A stretch of 64,000 nucleotides of DNA from Chloroflexi bacterium B3_Chlor (GTDB taxonomy: Bacteria; Chloroflexota; Anaerolineae; UBA7937; B3-Chlor): contig NJBK01000012.1 in NCBI GenBank assembly GCA_005223035.1, positions 815 to 64,814 on the forward strand, in the 5' to 3' direction. Below, piece after piece: positions 56,640 through 64,000 of this stretch (its first letter is position 1; the number at the start of each line of letters is the position of its first letter). The position numbers and the translations under genes were made by a program. Under the pieces are notes generated by a model that did no database searches, was not told where the DNA came from, and worked only from the letters and a program-made list of their open reading frames with translations.

Positions 56640-57908
56640 ATGCAGATGAGCATTGTCATCCCAGCTCTCAACGAGGGGAGCAATCTAAGGCTGCTCCTAC
56701 CCCGGCTCCACCGAGTTGTCTCAGCTCTGGGGACAGAAGGGTATGAGACCATCGTGGTGGATGGGGGATCCACGGATGACACAGCGGAGGTTGCCAGCAG
56801 CCTGGACGCAAGAATCATAGTGCAGCAGGAGCCAGGTTATGGTGGAGCGCTGAAGGCTGGCTTCCGGATGGCGAATGGCAAGTACATCCTGACACTTGAC
56901 GCCGACCTATCCCATGATCCCGATTTCATCCAGCCGATGTGGGAGGCGAGGCAAGAGGCAGAGGTCATCGTCGCCTCACGATATGTTCCAAAGGGCTCAG
57001 CACAGATGCCCTTCGTCCGGAAGGTGCTCAGCATCATCCTGAACAGGTCTTTTACCAAGGGCCTATCCTTACCGCTCCACGACATTTCCAGCGGCTTCCG
57101 CCTGTACCGTTCCTCAACGGTGAAGAACATGCCCATCGAGAGCTCCGACTTCGACGTCTTGGAGGAGATTCTCATCCGCTGCTATGCCCAAGGGTGGAGG
57201 ATCAAAGAAATCCCTTTTCAATATCTTCCAAGACAGCGAGGGGATTCTCACATCAGCCTCCTCAGGTTCGGTCTTGCCTATCTGCGGACGTTCCGCCGCA
57301 TGTGGGAATTGAGAAACTCGGTCCTGTGTGCTGACTACGATGACCGGGCCTTCGAGAGTCGCATTCCGCCACAGAGGTACTGGCAGCGAGAGAGACATCG
57401 CATAGTCACTGAGTTTGCCGCCAGTGCCGGCTCATGCCTAGACATAGGATGCGGGTCAAGCAGGATACTCGCCAGCCTGGAGCAAGTGGTAGGAGTTGAC
57501 ATCCTCCTCAGGAAGCTGAGGTGGTCCAGGAAGTATGGCAAACCTCTAGTCAACGCCTCTATTTTCGATCTGCCCTTCTCGGATGCCACTTTCGATTGCG
57601 TGATTTCGTCCGAGGTGATAGAACACATCCCCGCCAGCGACAAGCCCTTTCTGGAGATGCGACGCGTTCTGAAGGACGATGGTCGGCTGATTCTAGGAAC
57701 GCCCGACTATGGAAGGTTATCCTGGCGCATCATTGAGGGCTTATATCACCGCCTGATACCTGGCGGGTATGCCGATGAGCACATGACGCAGTATAAGAAG
57801 GAAGAATTGGTGCGGTCCATGGAGGAGTTCGGCTTTCTCCTCCTGGATGCCAGGTACGTGCTAGGTTCAGAGATGATATTGCTCTTTCGCCAAGCCGACA
57901 CCGCTTAA
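56640..57908 (+). CDS. Fusion of a GT2 (polyprenyl-phosphate sugar synthase-like) domain with a class I SAM-dependent methyltransferase
   Basis: IVIPALNEGSNL, VVDGGSTDDT and LDADLSHDP, then LDIGCGSSRIL and FDCVISSEVIEHI. Start taken at ATG 56640. Confidence 0.75.
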   Translation: MQMSIVIPALNEGSNLRLLLPRLHRVVSALGTEGYETIVVDGGSTDDTAEVASSLDARIIVQQEPGYGGALKAGFRMANGKYILTLDADLSHDPDFIQPMWEARQEAEVIVASRYVPKGSAQMPFVRKVLSIILNRSFTKGLSLPLHDISSGFRLYRSSTVKNMPIESSDFDVLEEILIRCYAQGWRIKEIPFQYLPRQRGDSHISLLRFGLAYLRTFRRMWELRNSVLCADYDDRAFESRIPPQRYWQRERHRIVTEFAASAGSCLDIGCGSSRILASLEQVVGVDILLRKLRWSRKYGKPLVNASIFDLPFSDATFDCVISSEVIEHIPASDKPFLEMRRVLKDDGRLILGTPDYGRLSWRIIEGLYHRLIPGGYADEHMTQYKKEELVRSMEEFGFLLLDARYVLGSEMILLFRQADTA

Positions 57909-57984
57909 TGACCAGAGTGGGTGGCTTGCTATTGCTGCAAGGCATTAGGTCGACTAGGACCGGAGATCAGGGAGAACGCAACAG

Positions 57985-60075
57985 GTGCTGGAACCTTTCT
58001 ACTGCCCCGCCTCCGTGGCCATCATAGGCGCCTCTCGAGACGAGAACAAGCTTGGTCACGCCGTCCTCAAGAATCTTCTCGAATGTGGCTACGAAGGCCA
58101 GGTCTACCCTATCAACCCCAAGGCCGAGGAGATACTTGGCCAACGCGCCTATCCCAGCGTCCTGGCCGTCGCCGGTGACATAGACCTGACGGTGATCGTC
58201 GTACCTGACCGATTCGTGGCCGCCGTTCTGGAAGAGTGTGGGCAAAAGGGCGTCAAGGGCGTAATCGTCATCACCGCAGGTTTCCGCGAGATGGGCGGCG
58301 AGGGCATCAAGAAGGAGAATGAGCTGCTCGAGATCATCCGACGCTACAACATGCGCATGTTGGGCCCCAACTGCCTAGGAGTCATTGACACTATCTGCCC
58401 CCTTAACGCAACCTTCGCCAGGGGGATGCCTCGCCGAGGTGACATAGCCATGATGTCCCAGTCTGGCGCCCTATTGATCGCCATCCTCGATTGGGCCCTG
58501 GGTGAGGAGGTGGGCTTCTCCCGTTTCGTGAGCTTGGGCAACAAGGCCGATATCGATGAAACGGACCTTCTGCAATTATGGGACGAGGATCCTTATTCGA
58601 AGGTCATCGTGGCCTATCTGGAAGGCATCACCGACGGGGCGCAGTTCATGGAAATCGCTCAGCAGGTCACGAGGGACACCCCCATCATCGCCATCAAAGC
58701 GGGCACCAGCGACGCCGGCGCCCGTGCCGTCTCCTCCCATACGGGCACGTTGGCAGGCTCAGAGAGAGCGTACGACGCCGCTTTCAAGCAAGCAGGGGTA
58801 ACAAGAGCTGACTCGGTGGAAGAGTTGTTTGACTATGCCCACGCCTTCGCCCAAGCCCCACCGCTCAAGGGCGATAGCATCGCTGTGGTCAGCAACGCCG
58901 GTGGTGCTGCGATCATGGCTACAGATGCCCTCGATCGAGCGCAACTGCGCCTGGCCTCCCTTGAAAGAGAGACTATAGAACTGTTGCAGACTCGCCTCCC
59001 ACCCGGATCCAGCGCCCTGAATCCTGTGGATGTGCGAGGTGATGCTGACGAAGAGAGATACAGGTTTGCCCTGGATACCGTGTTGCGCGATGAGAACGTG
59101 GATGGCGTGATCGCCATCCTCATTCCGCAGGCAGTGACTAAGGTGGCGGAGACCGCAAATGTCATCGCTGATGTAGTGCAAGGACATGACAAGCCTGTGC
59201 TGCCCTGCTTCATGGGGCAGCATACGACCCAAGTCGGCATCGAGATCCTTCGCGATCGCAAGATTCCGAACTATCATTACCCGGAACGGGCTGTGAATGC
59301 CATGAGGGCCATGGTGGGACGCTGGCGATGGTTGGAACGGCCTCCCAGGGAGATTGAGAAGTTCGATGTCCGCCGTGATCAGGTAGAGGGCGCACTGGCG
59401 CAGGTGCGGGCCGACGGTCGCCTCACGGTCGGAGATGCCGAAGCGAGACAGATCATGGAAGCCTATGGCATAACTATTCCTCAGGCGCAGCTAGCCCATG
59501 ATCCAGATGAGGCTGTCGAAATAGCGCAAAGAATCGGTTATCCAGTGGTCATGAAGATAGCCTCTCCCGACATCCTTCACAAGACCGATATCGGTGGCGT
59601 GAAGCTCAATCTGATGGGAGATAGCGACGTCAGGGATACCTTCGACTTGCTGATGTATCGCGCCAGCCGATATATGCCCGAGGCCGACATCTGGGGTGCC
59701 CTGGTACAGAGAATGGTCCCCCAGGGCAAGGAGGTCATCATAGGCATCAATCGCGATCCCCAGTTCGGACCGTTATTGCTCTTGGGGCTGGGAGGCATCT
59801 ACGTCGAGGTCCTCAAGGATGTTAGTTTCCGCATCGCTCCCATAACTCGCTGGGAGGCCGAGGAGATGATCACCGAGCTGAGGTCTTACCCCTTGCTGCG
59901 GGGGCTTCGGGGCGAGAAACCATCGGATTTGGAGGCCATCGCAGACTGTATGCTACGGGTCTCTCAGCTGGCGGTGGATTTTCCTGAGATTGTGGAACTG
60001 GATGTCAATCCGCTGATCGTCCACGAGGAGGGCAAAGGAGCAGTGGCCATAGACATGCGCCTCGTACTGGCCTGA
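57985..60075 (+). CDS. ADP-forming acetyl-/acyl-CoA synthetase (fused alpha-beta, NDP-forming family)
   Basis: CoA-binding N-terminus (VAIIGASRDENKLGHAV), succinyl-CoA-ligase-like domains, and a C-terminal ATP-grasp (..YPVVMKIASPDILHKTDIGGVKLN..). Confidence 0.85.
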   Translation: MLEPFYCPASVAIIGASRDENKLGHAVLKNLLECGYEGQVYPINPKAEEILGQRAYPSVLAVAGDIDLTVIVVPDRFVAAVLEECGQKGVKGVIVITAGFREMGGEGIKKENELLEIIRRYNMRMLGPNCLGVIDTICPLNATFARGMPRRGDIAMMSQSGALLIAILDWALGEEVGFSRFVSLGNKADIDETDLLQLWDEDPYSKVIVAYLEGITDGAQFMEIAQQVTRDTPIIAIKAGTSDAGARAVSSHTGTLAGSERAYDAAFKQAGVTRADSVEELFDYAHAFAQAPPLKGDSIAVVSNAGGAAIMATDALDRAQLRLASLERETIELLQTRLPPGSSALNPVDVRGDADEERYRFALDTVLRDENVDGVIAILIPQAVTKVAETANVIADVVQGHDKPVLPCFMGQHTTQVGIEILRDRKIPNYHYPERAVNAMRAMVGRWRWLERPPREIEKFDVRRDQVEGALAQVRADGRLTVGDAEARQIMEAYGITIPQAQLAHDPDEAVEIAQRIGYPVVMKIASPDILHKTDIGGVKLNLMGDSDVRDTFDLLMYRASRYMPEADIWGALVQRMVPQGKEVIIGINRDPQFGPLLLLGLGGIYVEVLKDVSFRIAPITRWEAEEMITELRSYPLLRGLRGEKPSDLEAIADCMLRVSQLAVDFPEIVELDVNPLIVHEEGKGAVAIDMRLVLA

Positions 60076-60402
60076 CGCGGATTCAAGGCTGTTTTGCTGG
60101 AGGGGCTGCATCCCAGAATTGGCGGGAGTTCGGGACAATGGTTAGCCACACAGGTAATGCAAGCTTTCAGTCCGCCCAGTCTAGCATCCTGAGTAGCGCG
60201 GAACAACGTGGAGCGCCTATCGCAGGGTGCGGGTTTACAGCGACTGGTCACGTTTGCCGCATCCTTCGATACGGCCTTCACTACGGTTCGGCCGACTCAG
60301 GAAACTTCGATGTTTGGCGCTACAAACTTGGGACGCACCCTGCTGGAGGGAAAGCCTTGTACCACGCGGGTTGGCCATGCAAGAGGGAAGAGAGGTAGCT
60401 CG

Positions 60403-61470
60403 ATGGCAACACTATACGTCGCGTCAACAGAAAGCGCATCAGGGAAAACCGCCCTCTGCGTAGGCTTGGGGAAACGGCTACAGAGGGATGGTTTCTCCGT
60501 AGGTTACATGAAACCTATCAGCTTAACCGCCAGACCTCTCGAGGGTGTGATCGTTGATGAGGATGCGCAGTTCATCAAGAAGGAGCTTGAACTGCAGGAA
60601 CCGATGTCCGATCTGGTGCCCATACCTCTGGACCCCCTTGCCGTAGAATCCATCATGAAGCAGCAAAAGTGGCTGGACTACCCTCAGAGGCTCCTGGAAA
60701 CCCACACTCGCGTTGCAGGAGACAAGGACGTGATGCTGTTAGAAGGCGTGGACCGTCTGAGCGCAGGTGGACTGGTGGGGCTCCCCGCCAACGAGGTCTG
60801 TCAGTTACTGGACGCGAAATCCCTGACGGTTATCAGATACGTCGGCTTGCTAACCTTGGATCCGGTGTTGTTCTACCGGGGCATACTGGGCGACTCCATG
60901 GTCGGTGCCGTCATGAACAGCGTCTCTCAGCGACTGACGGACTCGGCACAGGAGATAGCCAAGCCCTACCTCCAAAGGGAAGGCATATTGGTCTATGGCA
61001 TACTCCCTGAGGACAGATTCCTCATGTCCGTCAGTGTCAGCGAACTGGCACAGGCCCTGGAGGTGGACATAATTGCCCGCGCTGACAAGGGCGGGGAGTT
61101 GGTGGAGAACTTGATGGTTGGAGCCATGACCAGTGATATCGCCCTCAGCTACTTCCGCCGCAAGCCCAACAAGGCAGTCATCACCGGTGGTGACAGGTCT
61201 GATATCCAACTGGCAGCGCTGCAGACCTCCACCAAATGCCTCATCCTGACGGGAAATCTCCGTCCGCAGGACATGATCCTGGGTGTTGCAAAGGAGAGCG
61301 GTGTGCCCATCATCGTCAGCAAGCACGATACCCTGACTACCGTGGAGATCGTCGAACGCTTTTTCGGCAGGGCCCGTTTCCAACAGGAGAAGAAGATAGA
61401 ACGCTTCGAGGAACTTCTCGACGAGCACTTCGATTTCACCAGCCTTTATGTCACTTTGGGACTGAAATAG
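60403..61470 (+). CDS. BioD-like NTPase plus DRTGG domain protein (resembles the N-terminal regulatory half of long phosphotransacetylases)
   Basis: MATLYVASTESASGKTALCVGL.. and ..AVITGGDRSDIQLAAL... Start taken at ATG 60403 behind GGGAAGAGAGG. Confidence 0.65.
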   Translation: MATLYVASTESASGKTALCVGLGKRLQRDGFSVGYMKPISLTARPLEGVIVDEDAQFIKKELELQEPMSDLVPIPLDPLAVESIMKQQKWLDYPQRLLETHTRVAGDKDVMLLEGVDRLSAGGLVGLPANEVCQLLDAKSLTVIRYVGLLTLDPVLFYRGILGDSMVGAVMNSVSQRLTDSAQEIAKPYLQREGILVYGILPEDRFLMSVSVSELAQALEVDIIARADKGGELVENLMVGAMTSDIALSYFRRKPNKAVITGGDRSDIQLAALQTSTKCLILTGNLRPQDMILGVAKESGVPIIVSKHDTLTTVEIVERFFGRARFQQEKKIERFEELLDEHFDFTSLYVTLGLK

Positions 61471-62787
<1,317 letters not shown>

Positions 62788-62920
62788 GCAGCCTCCCTGA
62801 CGCCCTGGGATGGCGCACAGGGGCTCGGATGACTTCAGCGCCTATCTCTTGAGCTACGGAGGGTAGTTGTCTGACGTTGTCTCTCTCCTCATGATGGTGG
62901 TGCGAAAGCGGCGCGGTCCG

Positions 62921-63979
62921 CTACAGCGATTGGTCAGGCTCCTCGCCTGGTAGTGTATGGGTCTTAATGTCGTTTATGGCCTCAAGCAGCCTAATTGTGG
63001 CATCGCCGTCAAGTGTCCCACCCGTATACCTGACCTCGTAGAGGCCCTCGACATTTGAAGGAAGGCTAATACCCTCCCTCACTAGGAGAATAAACCGACG
63101 CCCATACAACGCCATGGCAGCACCGATCTCAATCAAGACATTTGGGTTGAGAACCTTGTGCTCCTCCGCGTCCGTGTTGATCAGTGTCATATCTTCCTTC
63201 ACGTGGATTATTGCGGCACCACACATGCGCATGTCATTCATTACTTTGTCGGGGACGGGCTGTGAGACAGTTTGCCTATCGGCAGCGACCACTGCCTCAA
63301 GTTCTCCGAAGCTCAAGAGTTTCTTAATTGGCCCCACGAGACCCTTCTCTTTGCCGTGGGCAACGAACACCCGCTTCTTTCTCGCAGCGAAGATAGGCTT
63401 ATCGTCTGGAGACGGTTGAGGAGATTCATCCACTATTGGTTGTTCTTCGACAACCGTGGAAGGCTTGGAGGGGGGTGCAGCGCCGGGTGGTTGCTCGATC
63501 TCTGGTGGGTGTTCGACGGCAGAAAGATCGACATACCTTTTGCCCTTGATATCTGCTAGGAATCCAACAGATTCTGCGCCCTCAAGGATGAGAGAAAGGG
63601 CATCTTTTGCCCTGTCTCTTGGGACGCCCATGTCAACGAGAACATTGACGGCAATGTGTTCCCTGGGAAGGGGGGAGCCCTCATACTTGCGAAGGAATTC
63701 ACCGACAATGCGGGGTGTGAGCAGCGCTTCTCTGCGGGCTCTCGAGTCATCGCCTTCTTCGAGCGGTGTAAGAATCCGTGTGGCCAATGGCTGAACCTGA
63801 ATGAGCTTCGCCGAGGCTCCGCCATGGGTTAGCCCGTAGGCGATGGCTGCACCACAGAGTATTCTGAAATAGCTTGAACTCGGCTCCAGGTTCATCGCTT
63901 GCGCAACTTTTAGGGGAGGCGTGTCATCGAATGCGTAGTTGTTGGCTATTGCCTTTGGTATGCGAAGGGCTTGGTCCAA
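62921..63979 (-). CDS. Two-domain protein with an unknown N-terminal domain, a Pro-rich linker and a C-terminal TIR-like nucleotide-binding domain (CAP12/Pycsar-effector type)
   Basis: The C-terminus reads RVFVAHGKEKGLVGPIKKLL..AAIIHV..NPNVLIEIGAAMALYGRRFILLVREGISLPSNVEGLYEVRY, which follows the VF(I/V)xHG .. NV(I/L)xExG .. LPS(D/N)..G pattern of that family as I remember it. The upstream neighbourhood lies beyond the window. Confidence 0.55.
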   Translation of the reverse strand: MDQALRIPKAIANNYAFDDTPPLKVAQAMNLEPSSSYFRILCGAAIAYGLTHGGASAKLIQVQPLATRILTPLEEGDDSRARREALLTPRIVGEFLRKYEGSPLPREHIAVNVLVDMGVPRDRAKDALSLILEGAESVGFLADIKGKRYVDLSAVEHPPEIEQPPGAAPPSKPSTVVEEQPIVDESPQPSPDDKPIFAARKKRVFVAHGKEKGLVGPIKKLLSFGELEAVVAADRQTVSQPVPDKVMNDMRMCGAAIIHVKEDMTLINTDAEEHKVLNPNVLIEIGAAMALYGRRFILLVREGISLPSNVEGLYEVRYTGGTLDGDATIRLLEAINDIKTHTLPGEEPDQSL

Positions 63980-64000
63980 ACTTGTTCTCGGAACATCGGA

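Overview
This is a 64-kb chromosomal window, roughly 58-60% GC by eye. I recognised no rRNA, tRNA, CRISPR array, transposase or integrase. The gene content looks Chloroflexota-like: isopentenyl-phosphate kinase plus mevalonate kinase, an ADP-forming acetyl-CoA synthetase, a MacAB-type exporter with no outer-membrane partner, and a giant O-antigen-ligase/TPR membrane protein. That placement is inference only. Coordinates 1-36.4 kb are almost entirely minus-strand genes, so most long plus-strand ORFs in the track there are antisense shadows. (1) 1-11.4 kb holds the most interesting locus. It is a dense heterodisulfide-reductase-like cluster: hdrB2-hdrC2-hdrC1-hdrB1-hdrA, two HdrD/DsrK-like fusions, a second hdrA cut by the window edge, and a DsrM/HdrE-like membrane subunit. 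Embedded with these are a lipoate-protein ligase, a stand-alone GcvH-like lipoate-binding protein and a heme O synthase. The complete hdrA is split in the ORF track by an in-frame TGA at a conserved Cys position, so it is probably a selenoprotein. (2) 11.6-29.4 kb holds RNase Z/RtcA, mevalonate-pathway genes, ion transporters, a MacAB-HlyD exporter, AbrB/Yip1 and mreB. (3) 29.4-36.5 kb is a complete F1Fo ATP synthase operon with a strong promoter and an unusually short delta subunit. (4) 37-48.8 kb (plus strand) is an envelope glycan cluster. (5) 49-54.6 kb is a PadR-headed block of lineage-specific membrane proteins. It contains a 2 x 1332-bp tandem duplication and a frameshifted copy, and it is bracketed by two copies of a 27-nt palindrome. 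(6) 54.9-62.8 kb holds GT2 glycosyltransferases, the ADP-forming acetyl-CoA synthetase, a DRTGG protein and enolase. (7) 62.9-64 kb holds a TIR-like (CAP12/Pycsar-effector type) protein at the right edge. All calls come from reading motifs by eye. No database search was run, and many start codons are uncertain.
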